Shown in pieces: positions 1-13,737 of a DNA stretch of 64,000 nt. The DNA comes from Diadema antillarum (lineage: Eukaryota), in contig NW_027271881.1 in assembly GCF_040938485.1 (NCBI RefSeq), positions 620,001 through 684,000 of the forward strand, in the 5' to 3' direction. The translations under genes were made by a program, and so were the position numbers. Each line of letters starts with the position of its first letter. Positions within the stretch are counted from its first letter, which is position 1. The notes below the pieces were generated by a model, which saw nothing but the letters and a program-made list of their open reading frames with translations, did no database searches and was not told where the DNA came from.

Positions 1-3000
1 ATATGACAGAGGGGAGGGGAGTTAAGATTTACACAATGCTCTTCCTTTTTTTTTTTTTGCGTAGCATCTCACACTAAGCGAAGCATTGCAACTGAGAATG
101 TAGGAAAACAAGAACAAAAACATGCTAACAGTCATTAGAGTATTTGGTAGTTTTTGATTACATCAAACCAATACACAAAATATTACAGGAAACTATTTCT
201 AAGTCTCACAATATCATTCTGTGTATTAAAGCTGCCGCGTGAGGAGGCCTCATCTATGCTTTTAAACCAGTAGGCCGAAAAAAAAACCAAATGATAGTGA
301 CACTGCGATCATATTACAAAGTGTATTTGTTCTGTTGCCATTAAGTCTGCTGTTATTTCAAAAATTTTCCCCAGATAGGCCAGAATTCTTGAGGTTCTCC
401 ATTTATCAGAATAACATCAATGATTCTGTCATTGTAACATATTTTATTATGTCACTCACTTGTCTTCAACTTTGATTTTTTTTGTTTTTGTTGGAAGTAG
501 ATGGTTGTTAAAGGGTATAATATTGTAGACTAGGTGCTAATTTCTTTCAAGACTGACGTTCATGTCAAATGATTTGTTTTGTTTTTATTTCTGCGTTTGT
601 TTATTTGTTGGGGGATACTGACACAAGAAATGATGATATAATAGAAATGGTGATATTGTAAGACATAGCACATTTAGATGGCAATTAATTCCAGATTTCT
701 TATTGTAAGTGTGATACGATCTAGTAGGTTTCCTGAGGAACAGGCCAAGTTGTGCAAAAGGAGTGGCCAAAGTGTTTCATATCAACATAACACAGGATAG
801 AATTACAGGCTAGAATTACACACCATCAACAAACCAAAGTGGCTTATGTCACTTTAGCTACACAACTTTCCCCAAGTATGTTTTGGTCCATGTCATGGCT
901 AACTCTACAATTGCACCCATGTGATTGGTATGGTGTATTTGAGTCGATATCCTGCTTGGTCAGGCTACGTGAATTTTTTCCCCCTTTTTCTTCAATTTCT
1001 ACAAATCCAGCAGTTGGATTCCAAGAATTTCTGACATTGTAGAACAGGCAACAACATTTCCCCATGTCATGACTTGACAGTTTTCTCACACGCTTTTACA
1101 TGGAAGTTGTTTTGTTGTGTGATATATACACAGGTATATGTATGCCCATTTGCACATTCATGGCCACACTGACATCAGGACGCTCCCCCACTCACAGGTC
1201 GTTCATGGAGGCCCAATGAACTACTGATTCTGGCGGATTACACAGGCATTTACTTGCCTATTATAGACAAATACTTCAAAAACACGCACACACTCATACA
1301 CACAAAGAAAATCATGTGAAACGTTGACAACAGTGTGGCAAACAGTTGCCATGCAAAGTACTGAAAACAATGAGAGAAAAAAAAGAGAGCAATGACTAAA
1401 GAACTGACAGGCACAGAAGGGAAAATGGGGGGGGGGTAGGAGGGAGAGAGAAAGGAAAGGAGAGAGAGGGAGAAAGGTCAACCTTATTGTTGATACATCA
1501 GATGTCAGGAGACTAGGACAGTGTGTAAGGGAATCTAGGGGTGCCGATGTCGACATACTCTGCATGCCTTGGAAGCAAGCCTGAGAATTGATGTGGCTGT
1601 CTGATCAGAAGATGATGACAAAGCCCACGTAGAGGTCATTACCTCTTGCTGTGTGCAAACCCCGCTTGTCGCCCTTTCCTAACATATCAATTAGGGTCTG
1701 GGTAGAATGGCTGGCATGGCAGTTGCACTGTAACGATGACACCACATACCAACAATCCCCCACGAGTGATACCCTAGACCTTGTTGACACTGATGATACT
1801 GAAGATGTATTGATGCTGGCACACACTGACATGTAAAATGCACCAAATGTCTTCTCATTTGAGTGTTTGTTAGTGTGTGTATGTGTGTGTGTGTGTGTGT
1901 ACTAAAAGTTTTTTTTTTTGTGTGTGTGTGTGTGAATGTGGTAAATACTGATTATAGGATTATTTCTTATTAGGGTGGCTCCAATCTCATGGGTAGTGTA
2001 GCATTATGGTTTATTTATATTGAGAGTTTGATGAACTTCCACCACAAATCCAAGCTATTATAATGTATGTTTCATGTTTGCATGTGTGAATGTGTGTGCT
2101 AGTATGTATACTATACTTCTTTGAAGAAAGAAGTTATGTCATTAAAGGTTTGTTTTGATTATGGCATGGAGCTACATAGGCATAAAGATTTATATGTTTC
2201 TCTTGAATTGTATTTGTTTTGATTTTGTGGTATTCTAAAAGAAAAAAAAACAATTATGAAGAAAATTTCCATTTGCTTCAAGTGACAAAATTTGTCATCT
2301 CTGTATTTTATCACAACAATCATGGAGGGATGGTCTTGGGTGGAGTAGAGATGACTGCCACAAGGTCTTAGCTAGGTTTGGCTAGGTTTGTATAGCACTG
2401 CATCAAATTTCAACAGGAAATGGTTGCTAAGGTGGAGTGTGGCATCTGCAAGAAGAGTGGGAAGTTTGGGAAGAAGAGATGACCACACCCAGCTGAAGGG
2501 CCTCAGGTGATGGATGGGCAGTGCTGATGTACGAACCAAAAGTAGGCCTCGATGCTATGTGAGCTTGGCTGGATACCAAGCCCTCTTGTCTCCTCCCCCC
2601 CCCCCCCCTCCCCCCCACCCTCTGCTTGCCTATCTAAGCCTTATTCTTACTTTCCTCTTCTTGCCTACCTAGATTCGCTTTCAGGTAGTTTTGATTCAAG
2701 CCTGAGCTATTTATCACTCTTCAGATGCTGAGGCATTGTTGCTGTTTTGTGATGTACCCAACTCCGTCCAAGTACAAGTACAACAGTCCTACATTTCAGC
2801 CCTATTAAGTTACTTTCACTGTCATCTGTACTGAATATCAGTCTGGACTTCCCATGTATTTTCTTTTGAAAGAGAATCGCTGACCTGATTTAGTAATATC
2901 AGTATGGCGAAATTGTGTATCAAGTGACTATTGTGTATTCATTGAGATTTGCTCACCAAACCTTTAAATCCTCACATTAGCTAGCTCATTCTTTCCCTTG

Positions 3001-3005
3001 TGAGT

Positions 3006-3007
<2 letters not shown>

Positions 3008-3051
<44 letters not shown>
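3008..3051. repeat. (CA)n microsatellite
   Basis: Direct reading. Confidence 0.97.
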
Positions 3052-3053
<2 letters not shown>

Positions 3054-5047
3054 ACATAAAATATGCTGCAGATATTGATAGAATTCATTCTGAACTTTAA
3101 GGCAATATTCAAGAATTGTGAATGCAGCTTTAATACCACAAACATTATAAGATTATTTTGTAAATGGGTCAGTGTGGGGTAAGTAGTGTGGGGAAACGGC
3201 TCTGAGATGTTTACAGAGGGTCAAAACTCTTGCAAGGAAGTCAATTCTGAAAGCAACTGTCAAGCCCATGCCCCGAAGGTGGAGCATACCGTTGAGTTAA
3301 CATCGCCTTTAAAATTTGTACCCTCACTCCCTGTCAAGTCCGTGATACCTCTTTAAGGACAGACTCTGGGAAGATGGCCATAAGAGATTTGACGAGCACC
3401 CAGGCTAGCTAGCTGCGCTGTGTTGGTTGGATACTGCGCAGTGTCAGCTTACAAATGGATGTGCAACCGCGGCTGAATTTTTCGGACTTGGCGGGAGTGC
3501 GGGAAAGTTTGCTCGTCTCAAGTGTCGTGTTTGCCAGCATCGAATGACGACGACTCGTGAGATGTCTACAAACCGCATCGAGTTCCCAATCAGTTGCCCC
3601 ATCTCCGGCTACGTGATGGGATGAGGGCCGGGTGGGAGAGAAATGGATGGAGAGAATCGAATGAAGCAGTGCTTTATTTCACGCTCTAATTCTAGATTTT
3701 CACTTTGCTGCATCTTTTGAGATGGTTCAAACCACTTTTTGGGGTTTCGAATTATAGGGGGGCCTCTGATTCTTCGTGTGCCTTCCCTCGCTCCATCTCA
3801 CCCAGCTTAGCTTCCCTCTCGTGGGGAAGTCGGCGAAACCAGACTCCCGCCAATTCTCCGCCGCTAATCCTCCGAGGAACCTTGCGCTACATTTGAAACC
3901 ATTCGCCTTTGCAAACCAATATGACGGTTGTTTTCTCGATGCTGTTTTTGTCGAAATTATGAGCGGTTTCGTATCCGCACACGGCGTAAATCAATACCTC
4001 TTTCATCTCACACCAATTACTTCGTGATGCAGACTGACAGGAACGTTATTCGCTTTCATGTGGAGCCTCAAGTTGTCCGCACAGCGTCAAGCATTTTTTC
4101 CCTCCCTTATTCTTCTCTCCGTCTTCGAGAGGGACTGTATGGGAGGCTCCTTCCAGAACATTTCAACTTAAATGCGCTTTTCCATCATCGCGTATCGTGA
4201 TAAAGTGTCATGAGCAACGGGCGCTATATCTTCACCTGATAGCCCCACCGGTGTCATGTCCTATCCCGCTATCGACTGAGTTTCTTCACGGCTCTCTACA
4301 TCGGTCCTGAAAAGAAACGCGATCTCGCAGTTGATTGCTGGGTCAGTTTTCCTAACAGATGTTTCGATAGCTCTCACGTCTCTCGGTACGCCTTGCATTC
4401 TATATCAACCGGGCGAAATAACAAGCTCTCATCTTCCAGAATAGTACCCGGAGGACTGCCGGGCTGGAACATCCTAGCCGAGCGCTCGGGTTCCAGATCG
4501 CCGCCAGCAATGTCAGCCACAATGAGGCATTCCTCTCCAGAGTCCTCTAACCTCTTCTATTCGCGATCACCATGACAACAGACATAGGAATTAATCGCAC
4601 CCCTGCAGGCCAGTTTTTGGCGGCCTGAGATACGCGCTTTGCCGGATATCTCGGCCACTTCTTTATACCGCAAGAATGAGCCAAATCGCTCTCGAATGAA
4701 GACTCTTCTTTTTCCATCGAGCTCATCGTTCATCGGCTCTGAGCTGTGCCTCCGAGGCAGCTGTCAAGAATGAAACACGGAATGCCCGCCAGTCGAGTCG
4801 TATTTCACCCGAAATATATCGCCTAACGCAAAGGGGAAAAAATCGCATGAAAGATATTGACACTCTGCAAAATGCCAAATATGACAAGACTGCCACTACA
4901 CTTGTCACGAATTGAGAAGACAAAAACATGAAATAAATCGAATTTCCCCTGAGAATTGAACGCATTTATTGTGGGTGGTTTAGGATCCCCAGTTCAGTCC
5001 AACATGTAGCCGCAAATCGTTTTAGTTATTATCCGTGTCATGATCGC

Positions 5048-5077
5048 CATCATCATCATCATCATCATCATCATCAT
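5048..5077. repeat. (CAT)10 microsatellite
   Basis: Direct reading. Confidence 0.97.
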
Positions 5078-6517
5078 AATTCTCTTCATTACAAATCTGT
5101 GTCAATGTGAACAATTTTTTTTTTTTTCCAGGCCTCATATATAAAGCGTCCAGAATATCGTAGCGATATAATGCAGTCATACTTTACTTGTGTAATGTTT
5201 TGAATAACTTCCCGCTTCTCATTCTTCCATTTGCTTGCTTTGTCATGACTGTCGTCTGCCGAATTGCCATTTTAGTGCATGGCTGAACATGCCCGTGCGT
5301 CACATTTTATTTGATCACGCCTAGCGAAATGCTCCAAGATATTCCATTGAGTCAGACATACTTGACACTATCGAACTCATCAACACTAAAAACCTCCGTT
5401 TTGTGCGCGCCGTGTTCGTGTGAACCGCGATGAACTTGTGTCGTAGTCCTCCCTGCCTTTGGAATCTCACAATGCAACCAACAAAAAAAAAAAAAGAAAA
5501 ATGACGTAAAGTAGGCACTTGACATCATGATAGTGATGGGATTATCTGAATCTCCGGGCTATCATATAGCCTTTGCTGAGAAATTATTTACATTTCAGTG
5601 TCTAAACGCAGAACTAGCTGACTTGTAAAGTGTTAGAATAAACAACTTAGCCTTTATCATATTATGACCAACAAGTATACACGATTTTTAGTTCACACGC
5701 CATGAGGATAATGTACTAGTACTACAATGTATTATGTTATTGTCCCACGCGCACGCACAGTACATCTTTAAAGTTTCCATGCGGGTCAGGGAAGGCGTGC
5801 GCGTTTCGCATGCAAATACCGCGGGTCTTTTCTGCTGTCTGTACGTAGACGGATGGCGTCATTACATGAGAATGATAAGGCACCTGAGGGGGAGTTTTAT
5901 GCTGATCGCAGTGCTCCATCATCTCATGACAGCCGGATTATAATGACCTGCCGTAACAGCGATCCGTGTTTCTCCACCAGAAGGCGCTCCCAGGCATATT
6001 GTCGTTTATCAGCGCTACATCTTTCTCTCCTCTCTCCCCTTCTCCATCCTATCTCTCTTTCTTTTTCTCTTCCTCTCCATCTCACTTTCCGTCCTTTCTC
6101 TCCGTCCTGTTTCTTACTCGATTTCCAGAGTTTCTATTTGCTCAACTTGGTAGAGTTTGTAGAGAAGATGATTGGGGAAAAAAATGAGAGCAAAACCGAC
6201 GTGATCATAGCTTGGCTATATGCTGTCAACTACCAACGCTATCGATCCTCGCAAATGAGACGCGTGAATTTGATAAAAAGACTTATATGACTAACTAAAT
6301 TGTATCAAGTCGGTAGCTGATGGTAATTTGAGTGCCGTAATACTCAATAAAGAGCGTTTTGATGTTTTCGTGTTGTGCGTGTGTGTGTCTTCGTCTTTAC
6401 GATGTAGATTTCATCATGGAACTTTCCAAACCAGATCAATCGCACGTCTCTGTTTACATGGTTGATACATGTATTTCTAAACCACGTTTGTGCTCTGAAG
6501 TTATGAAGATTGGAAAG

Positions 6518-6519
<2 letters not shown>

Positions 6520-6560
<41 letters not shown>
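6520..6560. repeat. (CA)n microsatellite
   Basis: Direct reading. Confidence 0.97.
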
Positions 6561-6561
<1 letters not shown>

Positions 6562-7492
6562 CGGAATCCACTGCAAACGTACTGACATATTCTTTAAATT
6601 ACAGAATAATTGCAAGACTGGTCATCAAAATATAGTAGGCCTACATTTACACGAAGATGTGGCTTGATCTACGTAATGTTTCGTGAGTTTATTTTTCGTT
6701 CCCTTCGGGGCGAAGATGAGTTTACTAGAATTCAACAGACAAAGAAAATACCTACAACAAAATAGCACAGAGCGTACGAGAACACCTGTGGTGAATTGAA
6801 GTACATGCGACAGGTACATTAGAATTATACTTTTGTACTCGATTAATGTCTCCGTCCAGTTTATGAAAAAAAAAAAGAAGAAAGAAAGAATATTTGTTCG
6901 GAGAGAAATAGCATTTACCAGTTTAGCGCACAATGATGAGAAATAACGACATGACCAACGAAGTTTTGATAAGATAAAGTGCCTTCAGAAGAGAAAGTGA
7001 GAGTGAGGGATAACTCATGGTGAGAGGAAAGAAAGCCAAGGGTGCATTTCTCACATCTCATAAGCCGTAGGCATGGCTGGGGAGATGTGTGAAGGTCCAG
7101 TTATTTTTTTTTTTCTGCTATGTGTAATGAATGATGTGTCTGCCTATGTGTTGATGAGAAATTATTGATAGCTCTTGTTTTTCACAGTTCTCAAGATTTT
7201 TTTTTTGTTTTCATCCGACATCAGCAAATCGTGTGGGTGTTTTTAATTTTTTTTCTCTCTCTTTTAGTTTTTCAATCCTCGTGTGCGAGTTTACGTGGAA
7301 ACGGCATAATACGATGTTATCCATGCATCGATTGTCTCCTCTTGTTTCATCGATCTGAAAACTCGCATGATGTGTTTACCGGTGTCTTGTCCCGCGAGTG
7401 AGCCTTTGTTGGTCAGTTAGGACTAGCAGAAGAGCCGATCAAGGAGTACAAAAACAACAACATATTAATCAGATCCCGGTGCGTCTCTTTAC

Positions 7493-7689
7493 CTGGGTCC
7501 CGTTGCATAAAACTTTTTTAGCAACCTTAGAAAATTCAGGTTGGGATTTGCCCAACCTGAATTTTCTAAGGTTGCTAATCTAAGAATGTAAAATCCGTTG
7601 CATAAAAACTCTGGTTGGGAGCTTCCAACCGGAATTTTGTGATTTCAACCGGAAAAAATCCGGTTGGAGTTTTATGCAACGGGCCCCAG
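7493..7689. mobile_element. PIF/Harbinger-like MITE with internal perfect hairpin
   Basis: TIR ggtcccgttgcataaaact / agttttatgcaacgggccc (1 mismatch), flanked by CTG / CAG (CWG-type 3-bp target). Internal 27-bp perfect inverted repeat at 7519-7577 with a 5-nt loop. Confidence 0.8.
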
Positions 7690-10600
7690 GTATGATGGAT
7701 TTTGTCATTATTACCGCATGATTGTTTGCGCAGCTATACGGCGCGCTTGGAAACACGGGTATGTTATTGAAGCAAAGTTATAGACATTGTTCAGTCACCG
7801 CGGCCAAGTGACTTCCAGAGCTGCCATGGCCGTATTATATTATATCAAATCAAATTCAGCTCATGCTGGATAAGCTAGATCTGAAATGATCAATTCCTAG
7901 GTAGTAGCATTTCTCTGAGTACGGGGATATTACTGGTTCAAAGTTATGGTCACCAAAATAATGTCAGGTTGCTATTTTGTTCCTTTGCTGTTGAAGAAGC
8001 AAGTGCTTCAATTGCCCTTGGATTTTAACGATTGTGTAATGAGTAACCTCGAAGAAAAAGACTTCGCAATGATATTTTTATTCACCTGTCGCGCGCTGCA
8101 TTTTAACTGCTCATGTTTGCATGCAGCACCTTCCTCCCTTATAACTGATTTATTCGTAATCAACCACAGAAATACAAACTGTAAAGTGTAATAGATTGGA
8201 GCGAAAGATCAAGTAGGTCGTTTCATACTAAAAAAAATCAGATTATAAACAAAACGAGAAAACTGACAAGATTTGATTTCTTAATCACAATAATTGTTTG
8301 ATCTACTAAAGATGTCGATGTACTGAGGACATTGTGTATAACACTCAGAGATTGTGCTATACTAGTGTCCAGTCCATGTCAGGGCGGAGTTTCGTCATAA
8401 GGTAATATGAAACCCTGTGCCAATTTACGCCCTTTTGAAGAAAGCAGTGTTAGTACAACTTTTATAATTCAGGTTTGTTAGCTATTCGTCGGGAAAAGAG
8501 AACATATTCTAGACCTTCTTTATGACAACGCTTCTTTTACTTTTGTACGGCTGGATTTTAATCACGATAAGATATTTTCCAATTAAAGTATAGCTCTCCT
8601 ACTGAACAGATGGGGAAGAATTCAAAGCAGAATAAATCAGCAAATTATAAGAAGTATAATGATTGACATGAGAAGAACTGAATTTTCGTTGCCTCTTAAT
8701 CACGACGAAATGGCGGTAAGATAGGACATGGCACTTGCGTAACCTACGCGACCTCTTGACCTCTTGACCTCTTGCTCCTGTCTTGATGTAGGCCAGCTAG
8801 GTGTTACTCGAGGCTATCTCCCGTCACTCATCAGTTCTGTAGAAACAACCCCATTCAGTTGTCACTGGAAGGCTCCAATCCCTAATGTATGAATACTTTT
8901 TACCACGGATATTATGTGGGGCATCCATCTCACCGACCATACACAATACGGCCACCTGTCAGCTATAGTGGGCCAACACTGCATTTTGTGTCCATCACGC
9001 AGCCACCTGCTCTTCTCTCTCTCCCTTTCTTTCTTTTTCTCCCTCTCTCTCTCCATTGTCCCTCCGGTAGCCCAGGATCTATCACCTTGTAATGAACGAA
9101 TGAAAACGAGACTAATCTCTTCAGGGGGGAATCCCCGGGCCTTTTTTTTTTTGTAAGTTAATGGACTGGCCGATTATTACTCTGTACACGATTAAGGAGT
9201 TTAAAAAAAGAAGAAGAAGAAGAAAGAAATGTACATGCGATGGATGGGGGGGGGGGGGGGGGTGCAAGCATTCTCAAAGTGAGCTCACAGAGGGAGTATC
9301 AAAGTTATAAGGGATTACTAGTATTTTTGGTCACAACAACTCATCCAGCAGAACAGTCTTTGACACTAATGCCACTCGGTGTAAGTAATTGCTCCGTGCA
9401 ATTGTGTACGGAGATGTTAAAGGTTTGCGGAATACAGACTATATATTCCAGCACCTTCCGCACACGTCCGGGAGCGAGGGGGGACGCGAGAGGAGTTCAT
9501 CTCGATCAAGCGATCGCGGGAAAACACCATGCCAGGAGGACATGTTTGTTATTCTTTGCGCAGCTTTGGCGATGACTGGTGAATTCTTGATGACACCCGC
9601 CCCGGGGCAACTTGCCTGCCAATAACCTCCAATTGGTCCCAACTGCCCTCGGTTAAGGCGCCATTTGGAGCGCTGCAAAGGGATCTATCAAATCAGCGGC
9701 AATTGATGGATGGTTCTGCTTCGTTGCTGCGTCGCGCGTAGAGGCGAGTTAGCACTGGGCATGTTTCCTCGAATTGTCAAAATCCCTTTTTGAGTAAAAC
9801 ATCACGTAAAAACCCATACGCGAGGGAGTGAGAGGACGATGAAATTCTATGAAGTAAAATGTGACTCATTTCATTTCCTTAACTTTCCATGGATCACTAA
9901 CGATTCTCGTCATGCAAGATACACTGCACGTATCATGGCTAAATTCAGTTTTGTTGTTTTCACAGTAGAGAATTGTATTCTTTTATGGATCGTAATGATG
10001 ACAGAACTATAATATCCTACCAAAGCATGATGCAGCGTGAGTTTTTTAACACAGTCAGAGAAAGCTTAAAGGTCAAAACAAGCTGATTATTGGGGGCTAT
10101 ACAAGCGGAAACATCTCTTGCGACGTTGTGATGATTGTGTTTGTTTAGTCTTATTTGGATCCTGGCAAGCAGACAAGCTCCAAACTATGCAATTGTGCTG
10201 TAAAAGAACATAACTAACAGTTTTCTGTGTTTTTTAGAAGGCTGCGAATTAACTGCATTCAGCTATAATTATTTGTTGCAAGGAGCATTGTTGTCTTTAC
10301 TATCTATGTTTCACACGAATTGAAAACTGAACAATCTCGAAAGTCGTACTGTATTAACTTTAGTATTCAAATATGCACTGTTACGTTCCGTTGTGTACTC
10401 AGCATTCTAGAAACCTTATAAGGGTGTATACTTTTATTATGAGCCGTTATACATTTTCCCTACTGCCACAGTGCCAGAGGTTTAATAATGAATTAGATAA
10501 ACAAACGAACAAACAAAAAACAAATAAACGAAACGGTTAGATCAGGTCTTTATGAAAACGTGAAAAAAACAAAAGCTGGCCCCACTAAATCGACACTTTA

Positions 10601-13285
10601 TCAAAGTAAAGAATGCCCCCCCCCCCTTAAAGAAGTAGACATCGCATGGCACATCGTAGACCGATTGGATAGAAAATATTCATGACACGTGCATCGACGT
10701 TCTAAAAGACTCTTGATATCGCATCGCCACCTGTTTGCGAGCTGGTCTTGGTGCCTTCAGGTACTATGGCCCGTTCAGATTTAACCCTTCTCGTATCCAT
10801 GACATGCATTGTTCTTACAGCTTCGTGAAAATCGCAAGTAATTCTGATATGTATGACATTAAAGTTGTAAGCATGATTCAACCCGGATATAGTCATCGTA
10901 GTTTTCTACTAGTTTCAATTTGCAAGGAATCTATACCGTTTGACAATATTGTCACAAGTATTTGCCTCCCATATTATTATATCGAAACCGACGAGTTGCT
11001 AGAAATCAAATTCATCTTTATATGCGTATTGACATTAGCCGTTGCTTGTATAACTACCCGGCGCTCCATAACCTTACAGTTCGCTTTGTGTTACTTTGTG
11101 CTGTATAACATCAGCGCTATCTGAAATATCACTTAACTTTGAAGGAATCTGGCTTTGAGTATAAGTTGTTATTAGAGGAAGAGATTTTGCCAGACCCAAG
11201 CGACTGGCCTGCATTATACGAGATGTCCGTCTGCCGTGTCAGGACAGTACACATTATACACGAATTTCCCTCTCGCAGTGCCTATTTATTGCCGCAGAAT
11301 TGACCATGATTTTAATGATGTCAGGTTTGTGTCCCGCTTTTAGGAAGTTTGCCCAGAATGACGATGGAAGAAGTCAAACAGGGCTGGGAATGGCCTGGGT
11401 ATCGATTGCTTGGAGTGAATGAAAAGTACGCAAGGATACGGTTTCTCGAGTGCGTTATATTACACAATGTCCTGATATTGAACCCGATCTTGGAGCCAGG
11501 CATACTGCCTGCGATCAGCACTTCTCGGACTCGCCTCTTAAAGATCGAATTGGCGTCTCTCAAGTGTATTTACTGTCATCTATATATGTGGAGCTAAAAA
11601 CCCATTCGATAAACTAGACTATATGGTTCTTAGTACACACCACAAAACCGTCACTTGCCATATTGGTACATAGTATTGATGTGACACAAAAACATATTAC
11701 CGCACGTTCCATCGATATGCTTTGTCCATATTGAACTAGAATTCATTCGATGTAGCACTCGATCAGTACAATCGCATAAACGCGCATAACATTTTGTGTA
11801 TGCTGACGATGTTGAGCGTATAAATGCGATCAACATGTATGGGAACGCACAATCAAAGTCCTACACAAACCATACACACACTAGTTCACAACGTGTAGGC
11901 TACACTCAAAACCACATAGATACAAAATGAATGAAAAAATGCTTCAGCCGTTCAAAGATTAAGTCATATTCCCCTGGATATGCATTGTATTTCCTTAAAC
12001 TTAACGAACAATTCGTAGGTAGCCAACTGTAACTATCGTAGGTAGATGTTAACTTAGTGCGATCAGGGTTGAGGTAATCATGTTATGAAAGTATACGTAG
12101 TTTCTGAACAGTACAATTACCTTTACAATGTATATCATACGAAAGTAAATGAATGGTGTCAGTTGAGGAATTCAACACGTTTCCACTTTGAGCGGTCAAA
12201 CAGTTCAGCTACTTCCGGTTATGAAAAAATTATGATATCCTGACTTGTCGTTTTGAGAAGTAACTCAAGGATATGACGTAAGATAACTCCTGAAGGCATA
12301 CACTAAAGTAATTCCTTTAAAGGCCCAAGTCGCGAAGGCTACGCATCGGCCTGATTTGACAGCCTGACACGCCGTCCGCCCTGCGATGAATACTAGTACA
12401 CGCCGATTTACGAGAGTGTAGCTTTAAGGATGTAGGATGTAGCGGATGATGCTGAGATCCCTTATGTCATGCCATGGAATCACAGAGGGGAATAGTATGC
12501 GGCACCTGCCTGGCGCTACAAGAAATCCTCGCCCTTTTTTCTTCAATAGATATCCTTTTGAAAAGTAGGGGGGGGGGAGAAGCGACGACCAGTTTGACCG
12601 ACGGTCTAGGATGATGAGGGGGGGGGGGGGGGGGGAAGGGGAGCTGATGAAGAAGACATTTCCGGAGGATAGTGACCCAGGGAAATTGCTGTCAGAGATT
12701 TTAAAAGAGCAGCGCTGTCAAATCTAAGTGCATCATGCCACATCGGTTGGGCTGGCACTATCCTTAAAGCCGTATGTCATGGAAAGAAAATGCTGAGTCC
12801 AGTTTATTCCATGTAGTCGGTGATGTTTAGGATTAATGCTTGTTAATGCACACTCGCATGCATGGCTGCATGGAGAGGAGCGTTCGACTTTAATATGCGA
12901 GTAGCAGAATATCGTGGGAAATCTCGAAGTGAGGTCGACCAACCTGTAAATTGAATCGATAACTCATTAGAGCGTCGTATATGATCCTTTGCTAGCTCAT
13001 GTTAACACTTGATAAATAACATTGATATGTTTCGTCGTACACTAATACGGGGATGTCTAGCATTCAAAGAAATCAAGTAAATCTATTGGTACCCCTGATC
13101 TTTGATAGTCGATTTCATTAATTCATCCTCAGGATTTATTCTTAGCGATTATCTCGAGATCTTTCGGTACACAGAGTTCTGTTGCATGTAAATCCCTTCA
13201 TATTACGAGACCATGACGTTGGCCTCTTTGTGATACGTTGCTTCTCAGAATTCTTTTGACTCATTCCTGTACCAATTCAAATGGG

Positions 13286-13287
<2 letters not shown>

Positions 13288-13334
<47 letters not shown>
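13288..13334. repeat. (CA)n microsatellite
   Basis: Direct reading. Confidence 0.97.
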
Positions 13335-13337
<3 letters not shown>

Positions 13338-13503
13338 TAAACCTTGCAGGGGGATATCGACAGCAAGGATATAAAATCTGCATGATTCTTCCTACTTGAT
13401 TTCGTATTTCGGGTTATTGTGTAGGTTTTCGCGGCCAATTTCATAAAATTGTCATCCATTTTCATTTTATGTGCATTCAAATTCGTATGTTTGAAACCTG
13501 AAG

Positions 13504-13737
13504 GGGTGATGTTCGTTATTCCGAAGGTTCGCTGTTCCGAAGGTTCGTTATTCTGAAGGGTCGTTAATCCGAAACACGCAAATTCCCTATACCTACAGGT
13601 TCGTTAATCCGAAAATGAAAAAGGGTTCGTGAATCCGAAAATTTGTGGCGTTATTCCGAAGATTCGTTATTCCGAAGATTGGTTAATCCGAAAATGAAAT
13701 TCCGAACAATGAACCTTTGGAATAACGAGCTGTAACC
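13504..13737. mobile_element. MITE of the 'ttcgttattccgaagg' subterminal-repeat family (copy 1)
   Basis: Starts gggtgatgttcgttattccgaagg and ends ggaataacgagctgtaacc. Multiple ~14-bp units, direct at the left and inverted at the right. Related copies at 31895 and 33323. Confidence 0.85.

Noticed and set aside
1221-1832. Two in-frame minus-strand ORFs (75 + 114 aa) separated by one stop
   Set aside because: Much of it translates GA-rich and CA-repeat low-complexity DNA. No recognisable domain or convincing splice sites.
2412-2480. Possible exon EMVAKVECGICKKSGKFGKKR after a cag acceptor
   Set aside because: A single CxxC followed by a stop, with no second half of a zinc finger and no supporting exons.
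10700-11620. Hydrophobic ORF fragments suggestive of a decayed GPCR (129-aa ORF 10735-11124 and neighbours)
   Set aside because: No DRY, NPxxY or other conserved motif in a consistent frame, and many stops. AT-rich DNA readily gives hydrophobic translations.
12315-12428. TTAAAG...CTTTAA bounded segment as a Kolobok-like MITE
   Set aside because: The inverted match is limited to ~6 bp and the interior is not complementary.
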